A DNA stretch of 62,721 bases, filler included, from Sphacelaria rigidula (Eukaryota): assembly GCA_964200075.2 (NCBI GenBank). It is 6 parts of 6 records of this genome, joined end to end, with 100 filler letters (N's around TTAATTAATTAA, not from the genome) between each part and the next. Parts side by side here need not be neighbours in the genome. Positions count along the whole stretch, not along the records: positions 41,884 to 52,252 come from CAXNAA020006633.1; positions 52,353 to 62,721 come from CAXNAA020006634.1; 4 more parts are not named here. The stretch is one strand, 5' to 3'. Positions 49,255 through 62,360 of the stretch are shown here, in pieces (the stretch's first letter is position 1; every line of letters starts with the position of its first letter). The position numbers and the translations under genes are program-made. The notes beneath the pieces were generated by a model. That model was not told the origin of the DNA and searched no databases. It saw only the letters and a list, made by a program, of their open reading frames with translations.

Positions 49255-51379
49255 CGACGGCGTGTGATTGACCGGATCAGTGTGCAAGGGTTTTCGAAAT
49301 TGACCCTTTCGAACCTCACCATGGAATATCGATCATTTGCACTCGATGGTTTTTGAGCAAGATATGGTTGACGGTTCACAGCTCATACCAACAATATTCG
49401 CCCAATGCGTATTTTCCAGACCCATGCGAGGGACAAGGGGAACAAAAGAAGGTGCCCTATTTACCGATGTGCCGTATCAGACCCGGGGACCCATTGATGT
49501 TTTTTATAGGAATGTTACATAGTGCCTTTGCTATTATTATCGATGGATACCATTGGATACACTTCATCCGTTGCGTGGTATGATTGGACAAACTTCACCC
49601 GACCTCTCCGGGGAGGACACATTTTCTGCACCCGCCGCATGTGCTACTGGATTCGAGATCTTCTTTGGTTTTCTAATAAAAAAATGGTTGTCGTCGGCCT
49701 TTTTGTTTCCATCTTTTTCTCTTTGTCAGGGCTTTTCATAATGAGGCGTTCGACCCGGGGACATGAAGGGAAGGTTCCAAAAGGGTAAAAAAAGACGAGT
49801 TTTGAAGGATCTGAGGAGTATGGCCTTTTTCGTTTCTGTTCCTGGACCCTGTTTGGTATGATGGGTAATGTCTGTGATGTGAGGTTCGTGGTTGAGCATG
49901 TTCTGAGGGAGATCGGTCCCTACTGTTCGTCGATTGTATGTATTACATGTTCCGTTTCTCACATAATATATATTTTACGTTGCGGGCATTGCCTGAATAT
50001 TGTGATGCGAGCTTCGAATGTCGATAGTCACTGCGGTTACGGGCATTTTTGCGGTGCAATAGTACTGGACTCATGGTTGCGATACTGGTCTTTGTGTCCT
50101 CGGGTGATTGGGCGGCGCAATTATGTTTGGCTAATGGTACGAGTGTCCCCGGGTGTGTGTTCGTTGACGGGGTACGATGCTTAGTATCCGTTGCTGTGGG
50201 TGGAAAATGTGAATTCGTGTCTCCGTGTGTGCTCTTCGACGGTGGAGCGTATCATTTACCCGTTCCTGTACGTACGGTTGTCAAACATCAATAAACCTCA
50301 TCTTCATATCCTGCTTTTGGGACATGTGTCACCATACACACATAGCGGAAAATACCCCACTTCAAGCTATGACTTGTGCCGTTACGCAATGCGAGCAGCG
50401 ATGACCGGTTTTCATATTCCTTGGGTGTCGATCTCGTTGATCGTGGCGGCGTAAGCCGCCGAACCCATTGTACTTTTACACTTTGACATTCGCTGCCGAC
50501 ATCACTCCGAGGTCCTGTAGTACATGGGGGGAAATATCGGTAAACTTCCCTCCATGCACCAGACGGGAATCTTGCTGGTTGCACTCCACGTATACCAACC
50601 CCATCCGGCACAGATTTCAGCAAGAACCTGTAGCCCCAGCCTCAATGATTTCGTCTTCACTTATGCCTGAAGCATACAGTGCAATCCCATCGCAAGGTGA
50701 CACCTGGTCTTGGGGATCTCCATGTAAAGAACAGCTCAATTCAATCCAAATGTGCGTGCATTTCTGCTCCTTCCTCGAGAGCTCCCCGGCCGTTTTTTCT
50801 TTTAATATGCCCGACCGCTCCCCTCCCCAGGGACCAATCAGTGGTCTCAGATAATCAATCCACTCCTCCACCAGTGCACACCTCACATTTTGGTATCGCG
50901 AATCGGATCATGACCAAACACTTCCGCACGGAGTCGACTGTCGTCAAAAAAAAACTATCTACTCTACTGCTCACATCTTCGCGTTTTCAACGACGGAAAT
51001 CATATACTTTTCACAGAAAACAAAATATATATATCCGGTTTGATGCGGACCCTCATTCTTTCGACCTAACCGCTGCCAGTTATATTCGTTACACCACTGG
51101 GGCCCAGCGGCTTTGTCTGGCCCAGGAGGATCATTTTCAAATCACTGTTGCGGGTTTTCGAGAAAATCTGCGACAGGTGCCCACAGTACTGTAAAATTTC
51201 CAGCAGCAATTTTGGGATGGAGTGATCCTTCCAACTCACGTGGTATGTACTCGTTGATACTCACGCTACTCAAGCTTTGGGTCTTCAGCGGTGCTCAGAT
51301 ACTTGCGAGTGGTAATTTTCGTTTGCCTCGGGCATTATATGCTTGAGAGTGGATGCTACGGTAGGGGGGAGGAGTGTTT

Positions 51380-51934
51380 CAAGGTAGTGTTCTGTAAGGT
51401 ACGGGTATGTTTTGTAGGGTACGGGATTCTTTACAGAACTTACAGAAATATCGGGTACCAGTATGAAAGTTTTGCAGAAATTACATCACTGTCGGGTATC
51501 CGTCTGAAAGTCTCACCGAAATTACAGAACTTGTCGGGTACGGTACGGGAAGCTTACAGAAAACCGTACCGGCAATCGGGTATTTCTTCAAGGGCACACC
51601 CGCGCTCCGGGTACGGGCATATATTATGTAAAAACCTCACAGAACTGTCGGGCAAGGGTATGGGAAGGGTACAAAACTCACAGAAACTATCAGGCAGGGT
51701 ATGGAGGCCGCAAAGAAAACCTTACCCTCCACCTGGTATCTTATCAAGAGCATACCCGTACCCCTGGTAACGGTACGGGAGGATTACAGAACTCGCAGAA
51801 TAATCGGGTGAGATGATGAAAGTCTTAGACTTTACAGAACTGTCGGGTACCGGTATGAAAGTGTCGGGTACGGTTAATACCCGGGGAAATACTCCGGGTG
51901 TACAGAAAACCGTACCCTACAGAACACAACCTTG
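51380..51934. mobile_element. hAT-type MITE with internal tandem repeats
   Basis: TIR CAAGGT.GTGTTCTGTA.GGTACGG; 8-bp TSD GAGTGTTT at 51372-51379 and 51935-51942; internal ACAGAACT..TCGGGTA repeats. Confidence 0.85.
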
Positions 51935-52352
51935 GAGTGTTTGAATCTACGAAAAACAGGTGCTCACAGGTGTGCCAGACGTAACTACTCGCGGTGCGTT
52001 TGTATTTGGGTGAAAACGGTGTCAGGTTGTACGCATGAGTATGTCGACTGGTAACAAGCGCGTTCGAACAAGCGCTGCTGCTGTTAAGAACGAATTGAGG
52101 TAGCATTTTGCGGAGTAAATGGCTCAAAATAACGCCCCCCCTCCCCCCCTATATTATGACTATTGCATGCATGATCATGAATACCCCCCCCCCCCCCCTT
52201 GCTCCGTCTCGAAAGGGATGCGTGGTCAATGGTCAAACGACTAAGGCAAGCANNNNNNNNNNNNNNNNNNNNNNNNNNNNNNNNNNNNNNNNNNNNTTAA
52301 TTAATTAANNNNNNNNNNNNNNNNNNNNNNNNNNNNNNNNNNNNNNNNNNNN

Positions 52353-52405
52353 CCACTCAACCATCAGAAGGTTACGAGGTTACCAACTGAGCCACCGGGG
52401 CGACC
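52353..52405 (-). mobile_element. tRNA-derived SINE head, cut by contig start
   Basis: Reverse complement GGTCGCCCCGGTGGCTCAGTTGGTAACCTCG. Confidence 0.7.
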
Positions 52406-52559
52406 GGCTAGCTCGGGTCTGGTCGATAAATTCCGCCTCGCCGTGATTGGGCAGGTCGCTCGAAGACTTGTTTTTTATTTTTTCACTAACACAGGGTCAA
52501 CCCTGTGTTAGTGGAGGGTCGGTCCCAAAAGGGTTTATAACAACACTCAGTGGGTCAGT

Positions 52560-53310
52560 TTTTTTTTTTTTTTTTACTGTTTTAAGGCGTTCTAGTATTA
52601 TAAAGACCATTTCTTCACGAGAACGCCCTAACCTCTTTGGAAAAAATAAAGAAAATGAAGGCCCCTTTTTTTATTCGGCACACTTTTGTGGTTTTCTATG
52701 CTAACTTTCAAATCACAATTCTAAAAAATTGAGCTAAAACATTGAGACAAGGCTTACGAGCAATCTTCGTTTCTCCTCAAAACTCCACTACAAACACGAA
52801 AAAAAATGAAAAAATGAAAACAGGTAACAAGGTGTTCATTTTATTTTATTATGCACTAGCGGTTTACCACACGTTTATGGAAAAACTCTCAAAAACTGAG
52901 ACGCGATATCCAGATTTAGGGCATCCAATGCCTCTGCTTGTAATATATTGATTTTGGATTGGATCAACTTATGTACGCCATATCCCGAGATAGATGACGA
53001 ATTAGGTGAAGGTGAGAGTACCTATCGTCTCCCCTTGCTCCAGAGAATGTCCACACCAAAATTCATCCCCTGAATGCATCGATCGGGGGTTTCATATAGA
53101 TTTTAGTATGGACGCCATCTCCGTTAGGTACAGGAATCACTAGACATGGGGTATAATCAACCAGAAAATATGCGCGCAAAATTTTGAGCAGGTGGGCACC
53201 TTCCCCTTGGTTGGACGATTAATACGATATGCAGATCACGGCCCAGCTCGTCTGTGTCGACGAGATATTGCTTTTAGAGCTTAAATCCGTTTTTGGGCTG
53301 GACCAGCTCG
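52560..53310 (+). mobile_element. Right part of the Tc1/mariner-like family seen at 39526-40766
   Basis: Colinear similarity to ~39980-40766; ends GGCTGGACCAGCTCG|TA. Confidence 0.75.
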
Positions 53311-55784
53311 TAGACGAGAGAGAGTGTTGTTATTGTTCACAGATGTTTTTGGCCGCTATGTCCTCGTGTGAGATACCGTAGTCCGCATACAAATTGAGCG
53401 AATCTTGTAATTGAGGATTTGTGACGATTTTTCGGGTGCCACCGCTCGTATTCGTGAACGTTTTGATGCCGAAGTTTGGAGACCGGGAGATACTACAGTA
53501 GCATCCGCCTTACATTCTGAAGAGAAGATGACGTATACTTTCTGTGCTCAATACTGGACGGCTTGCGGGGTGACTCGGGTCTCCTGCGACTGCTCGTACA
53601 CAGCCCCAGGTTCTGACTCTTTCCGATGACGTTCAAAAACACCCTCTTGATGAACGAGGTCTTTACTCCGTATCGCCCCGACAACACCAACTTGGGGATT
53701 GTGTCCCGAGTACAACCTGTTTGTTTTCTCACTGCCTGTCAACTCCACGAGCTGAGCCGGCAGTAAATGCCGCATTCGTTTTCCACACCCCAACTTCTCA
53801 AGTTTTCCAAATCAGCGCGGCGTCAGCATGTCGCTGTGAAGTGTAGACCAACCTGGTAACACATGGCACCGCTGCTGAACGAAAAAAAAAGAAGAAGAAA
53901 TGTACTGCATAATATATGACCCTAACGACGGACGAGAAAAAAGTGAATCTGTCGGATTTCGAACTCATGACCTCCATAATTGGACTCTTCTGTATCACTT
54001 GAAGCGAAATGTGCGCGGGCGTTTGATTGATTGATTGATTGTCGCACTTCAATTGACCACCCATGGGTCCAGCCGTGGTCGCAGCCGTGTCACACGGAGA
54101 GTGCGATGCCGCGCCCGATTTGAGGTATTTTTAGCCGAAACTTTACCAGAATGTCGTTGACGCGAGAGCCGGTGTGTGTTGAAGCGTTGCCGTTGTCATT
54201 TTCATCATATTTCAAGGAATTTATAGCATTTTTTCTGTTTTTGCAGAAAAGTCAACTCGCTCTAACTTCCTTTTTTTTTTTTTCCTCTGCACCCCCAAGA
54301 GGGTTGCGCAGGTTGATGATCAAAATCTCGTGCCAAAGTTTCAGCGCCTCACTCTTCGAATTACCAGTGACATCTCCACTCTTCGTTTAAAAATCACTGT
54401 CAGCTGGCCCAGCTCGTAGCACCTTGGGGTGCTGAGGCCGCTTCTTTTGTAAAAAAAAATAAGAATATGGAAAATTGTCTTTTTGGAGCATTCTGCGTGA
54501 TTTCACGCCGTAACAAGAGCCAGGCGGGTTTTCATACGTTTCAGTGTCTTGCTGTACTCTCGAGACGGTGCCAGCACACCTGTGCGTTCTTCCACCGGCC
54601 GCAGTGTTTTTCTTGGCCGAATGTTGCAAGTTTTTCTGCACTTGACCGATCTCCGAGAAAAATGAGCGATATTCGAAAAAATTCAAGTCCGACCAAGAAA
54701 AATCAGGGGCCACCGCAAGAACGCACAGGAGTGCTGGTACCGTCTCAACGAGTGCAATAAGGCATCCTAAGGTGTCGAGATCTATCTAGTTCTCATGAAG
54801 GCGTAAAACGGCGCAGAAGCTCCAAAAAGACGGTTTTCCTGATTATCATTTTTATTTGCCTAGGAGGCGGCCTCATTGTGAATACTGTTGAAAAAAAAAA
54901 AAACAGGATGCGCACAATATGCATGCGGGCTACTTTCTATCAAATTCAAATGCAGAAAAATATGACGATTCATCGACGTGTTCCCATGTGTCTTGCGCAA
55001 CTCGCTCTTGGCGCACTGTCGATAAAGTGCAGTGCCGAGCTGAATTGTGTGGTTCTTACCTGTAAAGTATGCTGTGCTTCACTGTACCGCATTGCGCTGT
55101 ACTACTGTGCTGTACTGTCGGAGTTCGCGATGGCCCCGTTTGTCTTTTTTTTTTTTGCGATCTCTTTTTTTCTTTCTTTCAGTCTTAACCGTGTCTCCAC
55201 CGAAAAAAGGAAATTGGTCAACTATAATGACACCCACGCGCGGCACGCACGTCTGCTCGGCGGCGCATGTTGGTATATGTGGTCATTTTTCCGATTCGGG
55301 GTACATAAACGCACGAAAAGCATTAAAACAGTATAGCGCATTATTCAAGCGTCGCCCTCTGCTGCTTTCCTTGTTGTTGCTGTAGCACTCGCAGTTCTCC
55401 TCAACGTGGCATATCATAGTTTGGTTTACTGAAACACGTCTGTAGGTGTTGGCAAACACCAAATAAAACGCGGGAATTTGGGCAGTCGTGACGGTGCGTT
55501 TCAATATGCATGTTTGATTCATTGGGTCCGGGAAGAAATGCCTCTTCTCGAGATCTTTCGAAGATGTCTAGGATAGGGTCGAGTACGAGTCCACGCTATC
55601 TCAGCAGTCGGTACTCCAGGAACTGCGGGTTTACCCGATATCTTTGGTAGTCGATACTCCAGATACCTGAAAAAGTGCGAGTCATCGCACTGTGTGCGAT
55701 CGCTTTTTCGAATCATCGTTCACTTGCTTCCCCCTGTGCGATGACTCCGACACGTGCGATACTGAATATATCACAACACCGACG

Positions 55785-56117
55785 GCCGCCCCGGTGGCTT
55801 CCGTGGTAACCTCAAAACCCTCTGACGGTTGGGTCGTGAGTTCGAATTTCGGGTCCGAAAATGTTCTGGATTTGGTTCTCACACCATGCCCAACAGAAGA
55901 GAGCGACAACGTCGTGGGTACACGAAGTACGACTTCACGGTCGACAAGGGAAAGGGACCGCTGAATCCCTCTCGCGATGAAGAATAATGCAAGCACCGCA
56001 GAAGAGAGGTGGAGAACAAAAATAAGGAAAAAAAATAACTGTGTGACCCCGGCTGAATCACCCATGCATATCGAAAAGGTGTAGACTGGCGTCCACAATA
56101 GATGAATGACAACACAC
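55785..56117 (+). mobile_element. Full-length tRNA-derived SINE with 9-bp TSD
   Basis: tRNA-like head with GTTCGAAT B box, (CA)n tail, ACACCGACG at 55776-55784 and 56118-56126. Confidence 0.7.
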
Positions 56118-57009
56118 ACACCGACGAGAGTGGTCTCTTAACCTCACCCCTATGCGGTTGCTCCGATACATGTGATACTGAATAGGGATGTATCCCGGGG
56201 CCATACGCGACAGCAGGCAACCTCACGCCCGAAGGTGGGATCCTGGTCAGAATCATCGCACAGGGGTACGATGAATCCGACCTCCGTGCGAAAACCAAAT
56301 TAATCACTTCTGTCTTGGACTTTCATTGCACCCCTGTGCGATGACCCCGACCTGTGCGATAAATCCAACCTGTGCGATGACTCGCGCTTTTACGGTACTC
56401 TGGATTACGGAATACTAGAAATACTCTGGAAATGCCCAGTACCAGGAGTATATCCCTCTCTTGGAATGGGTTTGTAATTTGCCACACCCTAGCCAACAAA
56501 CAAATTATGACTGATACGTTGCTAGTTGGTAAATGCAGGTATGTTTTTTTTCCGAGGTGAAATATCTGCTCGCTCGATAACTAGCTGCACACGTCTCGCA
56601 TCCGAGAGCTGTTGACAAGCAAGTAACGTGAACTTTCCTGCTGGAGTTTGTGAGTCCATTTAGGCGACGGCACTCATCCATTGCCGACCGTGCGCATTTG
56701 ATGTGAAGTGTGCCGTGTCCATCCGCCGTCGTGCGGTGAGTATGCGATGAAAAACTGTTACCCTCCTCGTCTGTCTTCCATTCTACTGCATTCTGTTCGC
56801 CACGTCCACGGCACAAAGTGTGCAGGAATGGCGCTTTAGCTCTCAATCGTCACTGCAGCGCTGGATAATGGAGCAGAGTGCAGGATAGTGCAGTAAACCG
56901 CAATTGAACGAACGCGACAGGCGGGCGGCGCATTCCTTCGTGTTTGCAGGAAGCGAACGTCTTTCCTGTGTTATGTTCTCTCATAGTTGTCTCACCACAC
57001 CTTCGAATG

Positions 57010-57059
<50 letters not shown>

Positions 57060-57259
57060 TTCCGCTGCTCTCGGGCGCGGGTGGGGTGGGGGGTGTGGTT
57101 GGGGGTTGTGTGAGTTGNNNNNNNNNNCCTTCTTGTTTGCAGGAGGCGACAGTCTTTCCTTTTTTTTTTTCCCCCTTCCTTGTCTCCCCCCCCCCTCGCA
57201 CGCCCCCCCCCCCCCCCCCCCCTCGCCTTATCGTGGCCCTGTGCGCGTTGCTTCCTTAG

Positions 57260-57323
57260 TGGCAGGAAAGTGGAGATCTTGTGCTGGACTTGGATGTGGA
57301 CATGTACAACCTCGATCTCTTTG
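57260..57323 (+). CDS. GH114-family glycoside hydrolase, exon A
   Basis: ccttag|...|gtaaga; WQESGDLVLDLDVDMYNLDLF matches the GH114 WQL.G...VDVYDIDLFD strand. Confidence 0.75.
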
Positions 57324-57969
57324 GTAAGAGTACGGGGGCACAGTCTGTCGTTGTGTGTAGGGCTTGGTTTGCTGTTATCATGTTGATTGATGGAGTGATC
57401 GAATGATTGCCGCGCTTGAGTAGGTCCCCCAGAGATCAAGCCGGGGTCACATAATAGATGTACCCTAGATGAAGAAAAAAAAATTCGAACACTCGCTGAA
57501 GAAAGTTGAAGCAAAAAAAGGAAGGTAAAAGAGACGGGGTGAATGCAGAAAAGACGTGAGGGGGAAAAAATCGGAACGACGTGTAACGGCAAAACTGCGA
57601 TTCGATACAAGGCAAAGTGGGTTGACCTTACCTCCGCTACAAGTACGCTCAGGAACGCAGGAAACACAAAGAAACAATTGTCGCTGCTGCCTTTCCCAGA
57701 GGAGAGCGTCACCGAAACCATACTTGAAGAAAAATCTCCAGACACCACCCCAAAGGGTCACATTTATTCGCCCGGAATGTAAAAAACAGTACGGAGACAG
57801 CTCCAGACAGTATCAGTACTGCAAAGTTCGTCCCCGCATGTTCGCGTGAATTTTCGAAAACACTCCGGTAGCGCCCAGTACAGTCAGCGGACAGTATGGT
57901 ACAGTACAGCACACCGCAGTACTGTACAATCTGTACAGCGGACAACAGACAAGATTAGTATGGAACACA

Positions 57970-58390
57970 CGGCATGAATCATAGGTATACTTTATATTTC
58001 TCCCCTTCGATTCATGCAGCATGCGGGATGAATAACGTGATTCATGAACATGTTCCCCACCTTCCACTTATACGAGGTGAATCAAGCGTTCATGTATCTC
58101 CCCTTTCATTCAAGCAGCATGCAGCATAGGTACATGTGGCTCACGTTCCGTTCATACGAAGTGAATCAAGCGTTCGTATATCATCCCATTCCATTCATCC
58201 AGCATGCATCATGAGTACATGCTTTCCACCTTTCATCCATACGAGGTGACTCAAGCGTACATATTTCCCAATTTCCCATCATCCAGCATGAAGCATAGGT
58301 ACATGTTCTCCACCTTCGATTCATACGGCATGAGTAAAGCGTACATGTTTCCCACCAATGATTCATAAAGGAATTGCGATTCGTACATAT
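57970..58390. repeat. Degenerate ~39-bp minisatellite with dimeric structure, in GH114 intron
   Basis: Alternating ATACGAGGTGAATCAAGCGT and CAGCATGCAGCATAGGTACATG units. Confidence 0.75.
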
Positions 58391-60021
58391 TTTGCACTCC
58401 TAATTGGTGACATTACTTGGAGGGTACACATGCTCAGATCGTGATTCGTGCGGTACGACCTTGAACGTACACCTTCGCCGTCCAGGATTCATACCGGATG
58501 ACTCTTGTGCCCGTGATTCGCATCAACCCTTTTGGAACCGGACCTCCAGAACCACCAATTATGCTGGTCAAGAATGACGTGTCTGGCGCCTGCACGAAAC
58601 AGTGGCGTGTTGCTGAAAATACGCGTATGTCTGTAACCGCATGGTTATGACAAAGAACGAAAGTTCAATCTTTTCAGGTGCACGGTGTGCACTAGGTGGT
58701 GTACATGTGGTTTAGCGAGCAGTATGGGTCGTGGTAAAGAGCTTCCAACAGGATGCGGCGAACGGCGGGCCGCCCGCCACTTGTGGCTTTGGATAGCACT
58801 TTTGTGCCCATCACCTTGCCACACAACCCTTTGTGGTCGGGGTGGGCCGCCATTTCCCACCTTGTTACATGCGGCAAATTCTCTTCGAAGGGTGTTGGCG
58901 TGGCGGCGCGCATGCATACAACAGTATAGTACAGTACAGTCTAGTACGCCTCTCCAACTGAAGCAGCAGCTGCCGCTGCATACCCCCTTCCATGTTCTGG
59001 GCAATTCTCAATTACCGAAATTAGCTGCCTACATACAGCTTTGTCATCCCTGTCCACAACATACATGTGGACTGCACACTGCAAGTCATCCGCAGAGGGA
59101 TACGTAAAATTTATGACGGTACCTCCTTTTGTCCTTCCACAGCCCACCTGGATTTTGTGCTTCGTGAAAATGACCACATATTGGCATGTACACTCCTTCC
59201 CGGTTTTTTCCGACCCACCCTGTGTTAGTGTAAATTACTACGTTTCAGTATATAATTGGGACCCAAAAAACACGCCGGAAAAACTCGGGAACGGTATACT
59301 GAGTGCAAGTAATACCATAAAACCAAGCCGCGACCACCCTGCACTTGGAAACCTGGAGAAGCTTATCTGGGCCAGGGATAGGGCCCCCACACGATCTTTG
59401 CAGTGGCACACACTCGACAACTATCCCCGCCCTGTTCGTTCGGGTCTGGTCGATGAATTTCGCCTCGCGGTGATTGGGCAGGTCGCTGGAAGACTTATTT
59501 TCAATTATTTCACTAACACAGATTCAACCCTGTGTTAGTGGGGTCCGGTCCCAAAAGGGTTGAACATCCATGGGGAGTCAACCCGTATACCCCCTGATTC
59601 GTCTTAACATTGCATTCATTCGTACCCGCACAATTTAACTAATCCTCTACGAATCGAGGTACACGTGCAGGATACACGTCCCGAGGTGAATAGACCAGAC
59701 ATCCGCTGAAGGAAGGAATCTCGGCAAAGGGTGCAAGTCGAGTGAGAAAAGAAGGCTAAAATGCTGACATGGATACCAAGCTGAGATATCTTGCAACCCT
59801 ACTTTTCTATCTTCTACACACTAGATAACATGTCGTCAGTGGTTGCGCAGAGTACTTGCCCCCGATATGTAACTACTGATCCCATATTGTCCGGAGTGTG
59901 CTATCTTCCCACCGTCATAATGTTATCTTGAATGAAAATGAACATACTGCTTGGGATGCTTGCTCTGTCGGGGTCGTTTCCCGTTCTTGTTTTGTTTCTC
60001 GTCGCACCTTGCTGACGATAG

Positions 60022-60078
60022 GTATAACGGAGGATGACGTGGACGCCCTGCACCAGAACGGGATCACCGTGATATGCT
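60022..60078 (+). CDS. GH114-family glycoside hydrolase, exon B
   Basis: cgatag|...|gtgagt, phase 1/1; GITEDDVDALHQNGITVIC matches the GH114 I..LH..G..VIC motif. Confidence 0.8.
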
Positions 60079-62238
60079 GTGAGTTTTTCGGCGAACACCC
60101 GGGTTCTACGCAGTGGTGCTTCTGCAAAAGAGGGTTTGACCAGCTCGTTCGCACACATGATCAAAACCACTGAAATCATGTTTGGGTTTCACTAATCGAG
60201 TGTGTCCAGGCTATAGCCAAGAGACATGGTGACCTAGCCGTCGAAAACAGAGGGAGTGTCATGTAGATTGAAGGTTGAAGAATAATGGAAGACTGCGTAG
60301 TTATTTTTTTAGGCGTCAGAGGGCGCTCAAAACCGCGCTCGGAAACGCGACCATTTCGTGCGGGTTTCACCTCCATGCGTCGGAACAAAATGCCGTAAAA
60401 ACAAACGTTATTTTCGGTGACATCACAAGCCACCTCCAATTTGACTGCCTGTGTAGCACTCCTCGAAAGTCTCGCCGCTATCACACCGCTCTGGCCAAGG
60501 CTACGAGTGAGTGGGTGGGGTAGCGATGTTCACCTCCGTCTGCGTCACGAGCTGTGGATGCACACGATACGCATATCACCTAGTGCTAGAAACGTACTAT
60601 TCTGGCTGTCCCGTATCGTTCTGTCTTGTATTTTCTGTAGCACGTGTGAAGTATACTGTCTCTCGTACGCTGTACCGTACCGTACTGTAGTGTCTGTCGA
60701 TGTGTGACACAGCTCCACGCAATCGTCCATGCGTCTCGGGTAAAAGTGCAACGCGTTCCCCACGCACAACCTATAACACAAAAGGTTGATCGCACGCGAT
60801 GACAACCTTGTACTCTATCATTCTCACCGTGGGTGGATAGTGATCGGTCGCGCATGCGAATGATGCCAAAATCAACCTCTGCTAGAAATGTTATTTTACA
60901 GTATTGCTGTGCTGGCTGTACTGTCTGTAGAGCACATAAAATACTGCATGTACTGTTCTGTACAAGTGTGACGGTCCAAAACAACACTCCACGCGTCTTG
61001 GGTAACGTCTAACCCGTCCCTCACGCACTAACCCTACTTGATATTTTGGTTTGCACGCGGTGATACTCTAAAACGAACTGTATGATGCTAACGATGGGTG
61101 TTAGTAGGTAGCGCGGGCACGTAGGTGGTTGTGAGTGTAACGCGTTGTATGCTCGTGCCTGTTGTATTTTCGAAGCGGTGTACCAGTCATTATATTATTG
61201 TTTCAACGCAAAAGCTAAGAGAGTGAGTGAGTCCAGTTCACCCTGTGGCCTAGCTGTGACGGCAGGCTGGAGGCTTCATCGACGAGGAATATTACGGAGA
61301 AATTCGTGCGTGGTATTTCGATAGACCACCTGCGAGGGTAGGCACGACGAACACTACATTTTTGATCGCAGAACTTGTCTGGAACTTGACTGAAGTTATA
61401 CTTGTCGTGTGACCGCTAAATAAAGGAGCCGTGTGTACCGATTGCAACAGAGGTGGGTCACATCATGGCTTGTGCGATCAAGTCGATGATTCACCAGACA
61501 GTATCCCCACCCACGCCCGATGGCGATACCAGAAAATGAAGCAACTCATTGTAGGCTGTCATCTAACTGCAAGATAACCCGCACGCTTCGGGCCGAACAA
61601 CCTTGGCAGGATGCAGCTAGCATTCTTCATGCGACTCGCCGAACATATCACAGCGCTTTGCGCTCGGTGATGGATTGCGAGCCTGGTGCGGCGAAAACCC
61701 GGCGTGCTCCGTCCTGGCTATGTAGGGATGCTGAGTAAATGGTCATACGCCTATGGCCTGCAAGATCATGAGTACCCCTTTCCCCCCCCCCCCCACGTCC
61801 TGTTTACCGGAAGGACAGCCAAAAGTTAACACAGATCGAATCCCTTCATCGTCGTTTGCTGCGCGCCTTGCTTTTTAGCACAAGACCCGGTAACATTTTT
61901 TGGCGTCCATTATTGTCAGAGCACACGAGTAACACCGCCGGTAGCAACGTCCTTGACAAGATGGACGAAACCTTGCACGTGCACTTCGACGTGCTTCGAG
62001 TGTAGAGTATTTTGCATGTTCTAACCTTCCCCGTCTCTGTCTCCATCATGTGTCTATTGGTCATTTGAGCGTATTCTCCGTCAAGGTCATCATCTGGACC
62101 CCACCGTTATTGCTGTAGGCATGCGATATTGAGGCTCGCCAAAAGTGAACGAAGCACTCACTGCTTTACTACAAGATACAGGACCTTCCTTGTTCCCTTC
62201 AATCTGATCCATGCGCCGTATTTGTGGTCATTTTCCAG

Positions 62239-62360
62239 CGTTCTCGGCGGGTACGATCGCGGCGGATTCCCCCGACGCTGTAAACGTCACGACTTCTCTG
62301 GTGCTTGGAGCGAGTTTGGACAGCGAGGCGGAGGAATGGTGGTTAGATATTAATAACGAG
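62239..62360 (+). CDS. GH114-family glycoside hydrolase, exon C (gene presumably continues past window end)
   Basis: ttccag|...|gtgaag; SFSAGTIAADSPD...LVLGASLDSEAEEWWLDINNE matches YFSAG...PD...VLG..LD.W.GE.WLDI. Confidence 0.8.

Noticed and set aside
58181..58366. Protein with 13-aa Trp/Cys repeats
   Set aside because: Artefact of translating a ~39-bp minisatellite in the GH114 intron.
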